In this document: one piece after another, positions 17,732-26,755 of the stretch
Layout of the letters: every line of letters begins with the position of its first letter
Numbering within the stretch: the first letter of the stretch is position 1
Source: Gemmatimonadota bacterium
GTDB taxonomy: Bacteria > Gemmatimonadota > Gemmatimonadetes > Gemmatimonadales > GWC2-71-9
Assembly (NCBI GenBank): GCA_036679605.1
Contig: JAZDCZ010000419.1
Span: 160,001 to 224,000, forward strand
DNA: 64,000 nucleotides
Reading direction: 5' to 3'
The notes under the pieces: generated by a model
What the model saw: only the letters and a program-made list of their open reading frames with translations
What the model was told of the DNA's origin: nothing
The model's database searches: none
Made by a program: the position numbers and the translations under genes

Positions 17732-19800
17732 CTGGCTACTTTGCGCGCAACTCTGTAGAGCCACATCGAGAAAAACGCGAAGGCTGCTATCCCCAAGATG
17801 TTAGCGACCGTGTCAAAACCTTCGGGAGCGAAAGCCAGTACATCGGTGCTCTGGGCTGCGGCAAACGGGATGGCCAGCGCTATGCCTACCAGGGCCTCAC
17901 CGGTTATTAGACCCGACGCGAATAACAGTCCGTTCCTACTCGCCGCTTCGGCATCCACCTGCGATGCCCCACGGCTCTTCAGCGCCCGCCCTGCCATGAA
18001 CGCGATGACCCCGCCGACGAAGATTGGTACAGAAAGTTCAATCGGTAGGTAGATACCAACGGCAACGGCAAGCACTGGAGTGCGGAAACTACTCTTCCGT
18101 GCTTCGAGCATCTTGTCCAAGACGATTATTACAACCGCAAGCGCGACGCCGATCCACACCATGGTCCAGGGCAGGTTTCTTGTCAGCACACCGTCTGCAA
18201 CGGAACTCATCAGTGTAGCCTGCGGTGCCTTCAGCGCTTCTGAAGCATCCATGCCGGCCCTCGGCAAAACATCACCCAACCCGTACGCCGAGAACAGAAG
18301 TTGGAGCACAGGTGCAATCACGATGGCCCCAGCTACGACACCTATGATCTGCATGATCTGCTGTTTGTAGGGGGTAGCCCCAACTATGCGTCCGGCCTTC
18401 AGATCCTGCATGTTGTCGCCCGCTATCGCCGCTGCACAGCACACCACAGCTCCGACCAAAATCGCTGTCGCAGCCGCTGCCGTAGCTCGGCTGCGGTCCA
18501 CAACGAAATCGATCTGACCTCCCAACATCCATAGCAAGATGAGTGATATGCTGAGAATCGTGGCTATTGTTACACCAGAGATAGGGTTGTTGGACGACCC
18601 TACCAGGCCAGCCATGTATCCTGCAACTGATGAGAAAAGAAAACCTGCGAACAGTGCGAACAGGACACCGAACACGACGGTACCTGCGTAGAGTGACGTC
18701 GATATTCCCAAGGCATCTCTGTTCACGACAAAGAGAAAGACAACGAAGATTGGAATTGCAAGCAACGCAGTCCCAACCAGAACCATGTTGATCGGCATGT
18801 CGCGTTCAGTGCGCGGGATTGCCGAGGTATCTCCTGACCGTGAGGCGCGGAGTGCCTCCAGCGATGACCGAATGCCGTCCCGGACCGGCTTCATCAACGA
18901 CAACAGAGCCCAGAGTCCGCCCGTTGCCATCGCACCAACACCCAAGTAGCGGATTCTCGCACTCCACAGTTCTTCCGCAAGCTCATAGCCATGTGCGTCG
19001 CCGGCGATGGACTGGAGATCCGCTTGGCTGGCAAGCGCGGTGTAGATAGGAATCCCCAAGAGCCACGAAATGAGGCCACCTGCAAACACGAGAATGGCGA
19101 TGTTCAAGCCCACTATGTATCCGACGGCAAGGAGCGCGACGCCCAAATCGCTCCCGAAACCAAAAACCGACTTGCCGACGGTGACGGCGCCGGTCGCACT
19201 CCCGGCCGCAATCTTGAAACCTGTCTGGCACAACTTCAAGATCGCGCCGGTAATGCCCGCGACGGCGATCATGCGGGCACCCTGCCCCCCTTCCGCCCCC
19301 GCTTTAAGCACCTCGGCGGTCGCCACCCCCTCGGGGAACTGCAACTTGGCCTCGACAATCAGGGCACGACGAAGTGGAATGGTGAACAAGACCCCCAGAA
19401 TGCCGCCCGATAACGCGATGGCGAAAGTCGGAAGGAACTTGAAACCTTCCCAATACTGCAGCATGATGAGCGCCGGAATCGTGAAGATCACCCCGGCGGC
19501 CAACGATTCGCCGGCCGAAGCAGCGGTCTGGACAATGTTGTTCTCGAGAATATTCGAATTCCGGAACAACTTGAGAACGGCCATTGAGATGACAGCAGCA
19601 GGGATTGATGCCGAGACGGTCAGCCCCACCTTGAGACCAAGGTACGCGTTGGCGCCGGCCAATGTAGCAGACAACACCACACCCAACACTACCGCCTTTG
19701 CTGTTATCTCTGGTAGAGTCTCAGACGCGGCGATGTAGGGGTTCTCCACCTCACCTGTGCTAGATCCTCCGGACTCCACGGCTGAATCCCTAGATTCCAT
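17728..19800 (-). CDS. OPT-family oligopeptide transporter
   Basis: ANAYLGLKVGLTVSASIPAAVIS, ENNIVQT, FPEG, GSSNNPISG, DNMQDLKAG, APQATLM; start at ATG 19800. Confidence 0.95.
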   Translation of the reverse strand: MESRDSAVESGGSSTGEVENPYIAASETLPEITAKAVVLGVVLSATLAGANAYLGLKVGLTVSASIPAAVISMAVLKLFRNSNILENNIVQTAASAGESLAAGVIFTIPALIMLQYWEGFKFLPTFAIALSGGILGVLFTIPLRRALIVEAKLQFPEGVATAEVLKAGAEGGQGARMIAVAGITGAILKLCQTGFKIAAGSATGAVTVGKSVFGFGSDLGVALLAVGYIVGLNIAILVFAGGLISWLLGIPIYTALASQADLQSIAGDAHGYELAEELWSARIRYLGVGAMATGGLWALLSLMKPVRDGIRSSLEALRASRSGDTSAIPRTERDMPINMVLVGTALLAIPIFVVFLFVVNRDALGISTSLYAGTVVFGVLFALFAGFLFSSVAGYMAGLVGSSNNPISGVTIATILSISLILLWMLGGQIDFVVDRSRATAAAATAILVGAVVCCAAAIAGDNMQDLKAGRIVGATPYKQQIMQIIGVVAGAIVIAPVLQLLFSAYGLGDVLPRAGMDASEALKAPQATLMSSVADGVLTRNLPWTMVWIGVALAVVIIVLDKMLEARKSSFRTPVLAVAVGIYLPIELSVPIFVGGVIAFMAGRALKSRGASQVDAEAASRNGLLFASGLITGEALVGIALAIPFAAAQSTDVLAFAPEGFDTVANILGIAAFAFFSMWLYRVARKVAS

Positions 19801-19934
19801 TTCAACTCCTTCGGCTTTAGCGGCGGTATTGGAGAAAATTCGGCACGTCGCAGCCAACCCTATGAGGGTGCACTTGCACTGTCAAGCACACACTGTAGCT
19901 TTTCGCGACCAAGCATCGAGTCAGTTGATCAGGT

Positions 19935-20162
19935 TCAGTGCGTCCGAGCGCTGTCAAAGAGGCGGCGCATGGCCTCGGCGTCCAGGTCCTCCAGATTCCC
20001 GACACCTTGGGACAGTGTCGCATAGCGCCGGCTCGACCGATCGTCGAGAGACGAGAACTGAACCACTGGGCGGTGCACCTTCGGGTTGAGGTACGCCGAT
20101 GTTCGGCCGTGACTGACCACCTCAACCCGCCATGCACGCCCGTCCTGATCGACAAATAGCAT
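19935..20162 (-). CDS. Small hypothetical protein (75 aa)
   Basis: MLFVDQDGRAWRVEVVSHGRTSAYLNPKVHRPVVQF...; fills the intergenic gap and looks like a real protein. Confidence 0.65.
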   Translation of the reverse strand: MLFVDQDGRAWRVEVVSHGRTSAYLNPKVHRPVVQFSSLDDRSSRRYATLSQGVGNLEDLDAEAMRRLFDSARTH

Positions 20163-20189
20163 GCTGCTAAATGAATACCTGGTATAGAG

Positions 20190-20211
20190 TTGATACTTTG
20201 TTGATACCTTG
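20190..20211. promoter_or_regulatory. 11-bp tandem direct repeat in a divergent promoter
   Basis: TTGATACTTTG-TTGATACCTTG. Confidence 0.45.
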
Positions 20212-20229
20212 TTCGTATGATAACTCGCC

Positions 20230-21297
20230 ATGAATGAAAAATCTCTCGTATTCTTGAAGCGATTGCTGGATTTGCCTGGCCCTTCGGGGTTTGAGACCGC
20301 CCCTGCGCGTGAATGGCGCAACGAGGCGGCGAAATTCGCGGACGAGGTGACGGCGGACGTAAGTGGCAACTCGTCTGCCCGCATCAATCCAGACGGTGGC
20401 CCCCGCATCATGTTTGCCGGGCACATCGACGAGATCGGGCTGATGATCATCCACGTCGACGACAAAGGCTACCTCTACTTTTCCACGATTGGCGGATGGG
20501 ACCACCAGGTCCTGGTCGGCCAGAGAGTGTTGATCGCCACAAAGCGCGGTCTCGTGGACGGCGTGATAGGCAAGAGAGCAATCCACATGTTGGACGAGGA
20601 TGAGAGAGACGAGGTTTCTAAAGCGTCCTCGCTATGGATCGATATCGGGGCGAAATCCAAGAAGGACGCACTGCGCAAGGTACGCATAGGCGACGCCGCC
20701 GTTCTGGCCGCGCCGTCGCTGGAACTGCCCAACGGACGGCTGGTCTCGCGCAGTATAGACAACAGAATCGGCGCGTTCGTCGTTCTGGAAGCGCTGCGCC
20801 TGCTATCGCGCCGCCCGCCCAAGGCAGCTGTGTTCGCTGTGGCAACGAGTCAGGAGGAGATTGCCTGGACTGGCGGCGGTGCCAGGACTAGCGCAACCAG
20901 CATCGCTCCCGATGTAGCCATAGTCGTCGACGTTACTCACGCGACCGATCACCCGAGCGCAGAAAAAAAGCTTCATGGGGACTTCAAATTGGGTGGTGGG
21001 CCTGTGATTTCGCGCGGATCGTCGGTGAATCCCCGAGTGGCAGATCTGCTGATAGACGTCGCGGAAAAACGAAAGATCCCCTACACCCTGGCTGCCGCGC
21101 CCAGCGATACCGGGACCGATGCCGACGCCATCTTTTCAGCCCGGAGTGGTATAGCTACAGGGTTGGTATCCATTCCCAATCGCTACATGCATAGCCCCAA
21201 CGAGATGGTGGATATGGCTGATCTGGAAAGGACCGCTCGGTTGCTAGCCGCGTTCGCCCGACGCGTCACTCCTCAAACAGACTTCACGCCGCGGTAG
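20230..21297 (+). CDS. M42-family metallo-aminopeptidase
   Basis: PSGFE, AGHIDEIG, DNRIG, QEEI, VDVTHA, GTDA, RYMHSPNE. Confidence 0.93.
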   Translation: MNEKSLVFLKRLLDLPGPSGFETAPAREWRNEAAKFADEVTADVSGNSSARINPDGGPRIMFAGHIDEIGLMIIHVDDKGYLYFSTIGGWDHQVLVGQRVLIATKRGLVDGVIGKRAIHMLDEDERDEVSKASSLWIDIGAKSKKDALRKVRIGDAAVLAAPSLELPNGRLVSRSIDNRIGAFVVLEALRLLSRRPPKAAVFAVATSQEEIAWTGGGARTSATSIAPDVAIVVDVTHATDHPSAEKKLHGDFKLGGGPVISRGSSVNPRVADLLIDVAEKRKIPYTLAAAPSDTGTDADAIFSARSGIATGLVSIPNRYMHSPNEMVDMADLERTARLLAAFARRVTPQTDFTPR

Positions 21298-21414
21298 TTC
21301 ACAGTAGAACCTGCACTCTCCAAGTCGCGCCATGGATCTAGAGCCCCCGCGATCATGGGGCTAGAGTCGACATCTTGTTAAGTTTAGGCCTTCTTTCATT
21401 GAGAACCTGTCGCC

Positions 21415-22674
21415 ATGGAACCTGCAAGAGTTAGCATCACGATTCTAGTAGCCGGCCTGTTGCTGACGAATCATCTTGTGGCACAGACAGACGTCGAAAG
21501 GATAGGGTCCGACGTTCGTTATCTGTCAGCTGACGCTCGCATGGGGCGCGGCGTGGGGACGGCCGGCCTCGATTCGGCCGCATCGTACGTGGCACGCAAA
21601 TTCGAGGAGGCAGGTTTGCAACCTGCGGGCACTGACGGATTCTTTCAACCGTTCCTCGTTGATCCGACCGCGCCAGCGGCGGGCCACTCGGGCCTAGGGG
21701 GCGCTTCCGTCAAAAATGTCGTGGGAATCTTGCGAGGCAGAGGAGACTTGGCTCGCGAATCCATCGTCATTGGTGCGCATTACGATCATCTAGGACTTGG
21801 CGGGTTTGGAAGCCTCGAGCCCGACAGTACGGGCGTCGTCCACAATGGCGCCGATGACAACGCATCCGGCACGGCCGCCCTGATAGCATCCGCTCGTCTG
21901 CTCAGCGGCCTTAAGGCCCCCAATGTGCGAACCATTGTGTTTGTCGCCTTCACGGGTGAAGAACTCGGCCTCATTGGATCCAGCTATTATGTGAAACACC
22001 CCGCCCTCGCCAACAGCTCTACCTCCGCCATGATCAACTTCGACATGGTTGGACGGCTGAGAGACAGAACGATGCTGGCTATCGGCACGGGCTCGGCCAG
22101 CGAACTCCCGGAGTTGCTCGATTCATTGAGTGCCTCCCACGGAATCTCCGTAAAATCTCTCGCCGACCCCTGGGGCAGAAGCGATCACTCGTCGTTCTAT
22201 GGAGCGTCGATCCCCGTCGTTCATTTTTTTACCGATACGCATGCGGACTATCACCGCACCACGGACGATTGGGACAAGATCAACAACCGTGGCATCGCTG
22301 AGATTACCGAATACGCCGCGTCGCTCGCTTGGAGCCTGGCGCTTCGACGCGACAGGCTGACATTCCTGGACGTTTCCCCCCCTGTCCAGTCTGCCGGCGG
22401 AGGCTACGGGGCCTATCTCGGTACGATTCCCGACATGACGGGATCTCCCGGAGGCGTCAAGTTGACCGGTGTCCGAGGTGGCAGTCCTGCTGATGTAGCC
22501 GGTATCCGTGGGGGCGATATCTTGATACGGCTGGGTGAGTACGAGATAGCAGATCTCTACGATATGACCGCCGCGTTAAGAGCGCACAAACCCTCCGATG
22601 TAGTAACCGTCATCGTCATGCGGAATGGTCAGAGACTTTCGTTCGAGGCAACGCTCAAGAAGCGCGGTGGCTGA
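21415..22674 (+). CDS. Exported M28 peptidase with C-terminal PDZ domain
   Basis: Signal peptide, GAHYDHLG, GADDNASG, GEELGL, NFDMVG, SDH, DYH, YLGTIPD...SPA PDZ. Confidence 0.93.
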   Translation: MEPARVSITILVAGLLLTNHLVAQTDVERIGSDVRYLSADARMGRGVGTAGLDSAASYVARKFEEAGLQPAGTDGFFQPFLVDPTAPAAGHSGLGGASVKNVVGILRGRGDLARESIVIGAHYDHLGLGGFGSLEPDSTGVVHNGADDNASGTAALIASARLLSGLKAPNVRTIVFVAFTGEELGLIGSSYYVKHPALANSSTSAMINFDMVGRLRDRTMLAIGTGSASELPELLDSLSASHGISVKSLADPWGRSDHSSFYGASIPVVHFFTDTHADYHRTTDDWDKINNRGIAEITEYAASLAWSLALRRDRLTFLDVSPPVQSAGGGYGAYLGTIPDMTGSPGGVKLTGVRGGSPADVAGIRGGDILIRLGEYEIADLYDMTAALRAHKPSDVVTVIVMRNGQRLSFEATLKKRGG

Positions 22675-23131
22675 ACCACTTCTCAAGGCAGAGCCCATCG
22701 TGCGGGCACTGCACGCAGCATTTTGCCGTGATGCTGACCGCCAAGAGTTGTTGGACATGGCGGCTACCCGGATCCGCGAAGCTGGGTCCCCTTACAGCGG
22801 TGTGTACATGTACATGCTGACACAAGACGGCGTACTGAAGCTAGAGGCCTTGAATGGTCGACCCACTGAACTTACAGAGATTCCAGTCGGCCAAGGTATC
22901 TGCGGCCGTGCAGTGGCGGACGCTACCGATATCACCGTCGCCGACGTGTCGGCAGATCCCGATTATCTCTCGTGCAGCATCGAGACCAAATCGGAATTGG
23001 TCGTTCTAATCCGGCGCAATGAAGAGATCCTCGGTCAGATAGACGTGGACAGCGATGTGTTGGATGGATTCGACTCAGCCGAGCAGGCGGCTGTCAAAGA
23101 AATCGCGGACGCGCTGGCTACTCTTCTTTGA
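22667..23131 (+). CDS. GAF-domain protein, free methionine-R-sulfoxide reductase-like
   Basis: GQGICGRA, DYLSC, SELVV, QIDVDS match the fRMsr/MsrC pattern; GTG start at 22667. Confidence 0.8.
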   Translation: MAEPLLKAEPIVRALHAAFCRDADRQELLDMAATRIREAGSPYSGVYMYMLTQDGVLKLEALNGRPTELTEIPVGQGICGRAVADATDITVADVSADPDYLSCSIETKSELVVLIRRNEEILGQIDVDSDVLDGFDSAEQAAVKEIADALATLL

Positions 23132-23982
23132 CCCCGGCGGAGCAGGCAACGATCGAGATACTCCGAGTGAACGGTCAGAGGTTGTTCACGCGGAGCATCG
23201 GACATGGTCCCGAGGTTGTAGTGCTTCATGGTGGACCGGGCGCCCACCACGATTACCTGCTGCCGCAATTCGATGCCCTAGCAGTTGGCCGAAGGCTCCA
23301 TTACTACGACCAGCGCGGAGGTGGACAGTCGGCGGTCGCGCGAGACGTATCTGTCGAGTGGCAAGAGCACGTACGTGACCTCGATGGCCTAATCGACCAT
23401 TGGGACCTCGTACCTGCCACCTTGCTTGGCTACTCATGGGGTGGCCTACTAGCTATTCTCTACTCCATTAACCATCCAGATAAGGTCGGACGCCTGGCAC
23501 TGGTATCACCGGCGTCTATCACCGTGGACGAGCGAGCGGAGTTCGAGAGACGCTTTGCCGCACGGGCTCGAGATCCGCAAATCTCAACACGCCGGACCGA
23601 ACTCAAGGAATCCGGCCTGCGCCAGCGTGATCCGGCGGCGTATCGGCAAGAGGCCTTCGAGTTGTCCGTCGCACCGTACTTCGCCGACGCCAAGCGAGCC
23701 CGAGACCTCACTCCCTTCCGCGTAACCGGCCGCACTCAGCAGGCAGTGTGGCAAAGTTTGGCCGCGTACGACCTACGAGACGATATGGCACAGCTCTCCA
23801 TCCCAGCTATCGTGGTCCATGGAAGACACGACCCGATTCCACTGTCCTCCTCAGAACTCATCGCCTCCCTGTTAGACGCGCCGCTGGAGGTTTGCGAGGA
23901 ATCCGGCCACGTACCCTACATCGAAAACCATGAGCGATTCGTGCGTGTCCTAGACGAGTTTTTGCCAAGTTCGGCTCGGTAA
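23128..23982 (+). CDS. Alpha/beta hydrolase, proline iminopeptidase-like
   Basis: LHGGPG, YDQRGGG, GYSWG nucleophile, GRHD, SGH. Confidence 0.88.
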   Translation: MTPAEQATIEILRVNGQRLFTRSIGHGPEVVVLHGGPGAHHDYLLPQFDALAVGRRLHYYDQRGGGQSAVARDVSVEWQEHVRDLDGLIDHWDLVPATLLGYSWGGLLAILYSINHPDKVGRLALVSPASITVDERAEFERRFAARARDPQISTRRTELKESGLRQRDPAAYRQEAFELSVAPYFADAKRARDLTPFRVTGRTQQAVWQSLAAYDLRDDMAQLSIPAIVVHGRHDPIPLSSSELIASLLDAPLEVCEESGHVPYIENHERFVRVLDEFLPSSAR

Positions 23983-24029
23983 AGCCACGACTCGCATTAG
24001 CCCAACACCTGGCGTAGCTTCAGTACACT

Positions 24030-25646
24030 ATGAACAAGGAAAATGTGGACGCCATCATCGAAGAGATCGCAGCCTATCTCGAGCTGAAGGGCGAGAGCAG
24101 CAGCCTCCCCTCCACTCAGGACATCGTCTCCGAGTTAGCGAGCACGGGGTCCAGCCAAACGCTTGAGCGCTTGCGACAGGAATTCCCACCCGGACTGGTC
24201 GAAATGTTTCAGATCTCGGGGCTCGGGGCAACCAAGATCCGTCAGATCTACCAAAGGCTCAAGGTCGATTCACTCGCGGAACTTGAAAATGCCGCCAGGG
24301 ACGGTAGGCTTGCCGGCCTTCCAAGATTCGGTAAGAAAACGGCGGAAAAAGTTCTCAAGAGCATCGAGCAGTTGAAAAGAAGCAGCGAGCCCCGCTTGTT
24401 CCATCACGCCTTTCGCGAAGCTGAGGAACTTGCGGCGATACTTGCCGACATACCCAGAGTTGCCCGGATCGAGATTGCGGGAGCTGTGCGCCGGCGGATG
24501 GAGATAATTAGAGGTCTTGGCTTCGCCGTCGCTTTGAAGGGGTCTCCTAATGATCTCATTAAGCGCCTCGGTGCTGTGCCTGGAGTAAGTGAGTTCGTTG
24601 CAGAGACGGACAACGCTCTTTCTCTGCGATTTGCGAGCGGGACAGTCGCTGATATCCATTGGGCACCAGCAGCGCAGTTCGGCTTTCAGTGGTTGCGCGC
24701 CACGGGTAGCGAGGGCCACATCGCTCAACTTCGCCAACTCGCCGAAAGTAGGGGCCTCTCATGGAGCGACCGAGGCCTTGTAAGTGACACCTCGTTTCTC
24801 AAAACCCCCACCGAACTCGATGTGTATGCTGCGTTGGACCTGCCATACATTGAGCCAGAACTCAGGGAAGGTCGCGGCGAAGTGAACGCCGCGCGTTCAG
24901 GGAAGCTGCCCGTTTTGATAGAGCAAGAGGATATTCGTGGATTCCTCCACTGTCATTCCACATATTCGGACGGTACGAGCACGGTTACGGAATGGGCTCG
25001 TGCCTGCCGCGACGCCGGATACGAGTACCTGGGAATCACAGATCACAGCGAGCGTGCCACCTACGCCGGCGGCATCTCAGAAGATCAATTGCGATTACAG
25101 CACGCCGAGATCGACGCCGTCAATAAGCGCCAGTCCACCTTTCGTGTTCTCAAGGGTATCGAGGCCGACATCCTCGAGGACGGGTCACTGGATCTCGTGT
25201 CTGAGACGAGCGCCACGTTCGAGTTCGTGATCGCGTCGGTGCACAGCAGACTCGAGATGAATGAATCTCGTATGACAGCACGCATCCTGAAGGCCATGGA
25301 AGATCCTAGAATGACGATCCTAGGCCATCCCACCGGTCGACTGCTGCTATCTCGGAATCCGTACCCCATGAACACCGACAGGATCTTCCAGCGAGCAGCC
25401 GAGCTGGGCGTGGCTATGGAGATCAATGCAGATCCCCAAAGACTCGATCTCGACTGGAGACTTCTGCGCGAAGCAGTCGACGCCGGTGTAACGATTTCTA
25501 TCGGAGCAGACGCCCATCATGTCCATGGCATGCTAAACATGGCCATAGGTATTGGTATAGCTCGCAAGGGCTGGATCAGCAAAGAGCATGTGCTGAACAC
25601 TAGGTCGGTAGACGAGTTCCTCGATCACTCACGGGCGAGGATGTGA
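24030..25646 (+). CDS. polX: PolX-PHP protein (non-canonical polymerase site)
   Basis: HhH GLGATK/FGKKT, ATGS..H, IEPELREG; PHP motifs HCHSTYSDG, TDHS, GHPTGR, EIN, DAH. Confidence 0.9.
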   Translation: MNKENVDAIIEEIAAYLELKGESSSLPSTQDIVSELASTGSSQTLERLRQEFPPGLVEMFQISGLGATKIRQIYQRLKVDSLAELENAARDGRLAGLPRFGKKTAEKVLKSIEQLKRSSEPRLFHHAFREAEELAAILADIPRVARIEIAGAVRRRMEIIRGLGFAVALKGSPNDLIKRLGAVPGVSEFVAETDNALSLRFASGTVADIHWAPAAQFGFQWLRATGSEGHIAQLRQLAESRGLSWSDRGLVSDTSFLKTPTELDVYAALDLPYIEPELREGRGEVNAARSGKLPVLIEQEDIRGFLHCHSTYSDGTSTVTEWARACRDAGYEYLGITDHSERATYAGGISEDQLRLQHAEIDAVNKRQSTFRVLKGIEADILEDGSLDLVSETSATFEFVIASVHSRLEMNESRMTARILKAMEDPRMTILGHPTGRLLLSRNPYPMNTDRIFQRAAELGVAMEINADPQRLDLDWRLLREAVDAGVTISIGADAHHVHGMLNMAIGIGIARKGWISKEHVLNTRSVDEFLDHSRARM

Positions 25647-26290
25647 GCCCCAAGGTGAGACCCGCAAAAGACCGAGTGCGTTCGGTCATCCAAAAACTCA
25701 AGAAGGCTTTTCCCGATGCCAAGTGTTCCCTAAGGCATAGGAATCCCCTTGAATTACTCGTCGCCACCATTCTGAGCGCACAGTGTACGGACAACCGCGT
25801 GAATATCGTCACTAAAGAACTGTTCCGCACCTACAAGACGGCAAAGGACTATGCCAACGCTCCACCCGAACTCATGGAGTCCCAGATCAAGTCCACTGGA
25901 TTCTACCGCAACAAGACAAAATCAATCGTTAACATGGCCCAGCAGCTCGTCGAGCGACATGGAGGTAAGGTTCCATCTACAATGGACGATCTCGTCAAGC
26001 TGCCCGGCGTAGGTCGCAAGACGGCCAACGTCGTCCTCGGAAACGCCTTTGGAATCGACGAGGGAGTGGTAGTGGACACTCACGTCAAACGCATCACCAA
26101 CCGTCTGGGGTTTACCAAACAGTCGGATCCCGAAAAAATAGAGAAAGATCTAACCAAACTCATACCCAAATCTGAGTGGACCGTCTTTCCACACCTCTTG
26201 ATTCATCACGGTAGGTCGATTTGCCAGGCACGCGTTCCAAAGTGTGAAATCTGTCCAATTGCGGTCCTGTGCCCGTCGTCCAGCATATGA
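25643..26290 (+). CDS. nth: Endonuclease III
   Basis: LVATILSAQCTD, LPGVGRKTANVV, VDTHVKR, C-X6-C-X2-C-X5-C Fe-S motif. Confidence 0.96.
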   Translation: MSPKVRPAKDRVRSVIQKLKKAFPDAKCSLRHRNPLELLVATILSAQCTDNRVNIVTKELFRTYKTAKDYANAPPELMESQIKSTGFYRNKTKSIVNMAQQLVERHGGKVPSTMDDLVKLPGVGRKTANVVLGNAFGIDEGVVVDTHVKRITNRLGFTKQSDPEKIEKDLTKLIPKSEWTVFPHLLIHHGRSICQARVPKCEICPIAVLCPSSSI

Positions 26291-26312
26291 CATTCTTTCC
26301 CGTGGCGCCGCG

Positions 26313-26741
26313 ATGAAAATCGATTTCGCCGTCATCTGCGATTACGCGATTCTCGACCAGTATGGCAAGCTCTCGGTAATGGGAATCTTCCAGCACATCT
26401 GGGTTGCTCAATTTCCAACAGTGCACCCCAGGCTTCATCTGGTATTGAGGCTCAGAGGAAGTCGGACTGAAATCGGCAAGCACGATGTCAGTATCCAGCT
26501 CACTGATCAGGACGGTATTGAGATCATCAGTGGCAATGGTTCAGTGGACCTTGCCGAACCACCTGCTGGAATTCTGGAGGTAGAGTCGGGAGCAGTGCTA
26601 GTGTTTGACGTTCCGTTCGCGCATGAAGGTCGTTACGAATTTGCTATCACGGTGGATGACGACATCTCCGCAACCGTCCCGGTAACAGTGTCGCTTGGCC
26701 CGAACTTACCTTCGTCCGGCATCAACCAATCCCTCAACTAA
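26313..26741 (+). CDS. DUF6941-like hypothetical protein
   Basis: CDYA..DQYGKLSVMGIF...FPTVH...F..EGRYEF. Confidence 0.7.
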   Translation: MKIDFAVICDYAILDQYGKLSVMGIFQHIWVAQFPTVHPRLHLVLRLRGSRTEIGKHDVSIQLTDQDGIEIISGNGSVDLAEPPAGILEVESGAVLVFDVPFAHEGRYEFAITVDDDISATVPVTVSLGPNLPSSGINQSLN

Positions 26742-26755
26742 CTCCACCGCCTCTG

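Noticed and set aside
21335..21366. Hairpin after the M42 gene as a terminator
   Set aside because: Short imperfect stem without a U-tract
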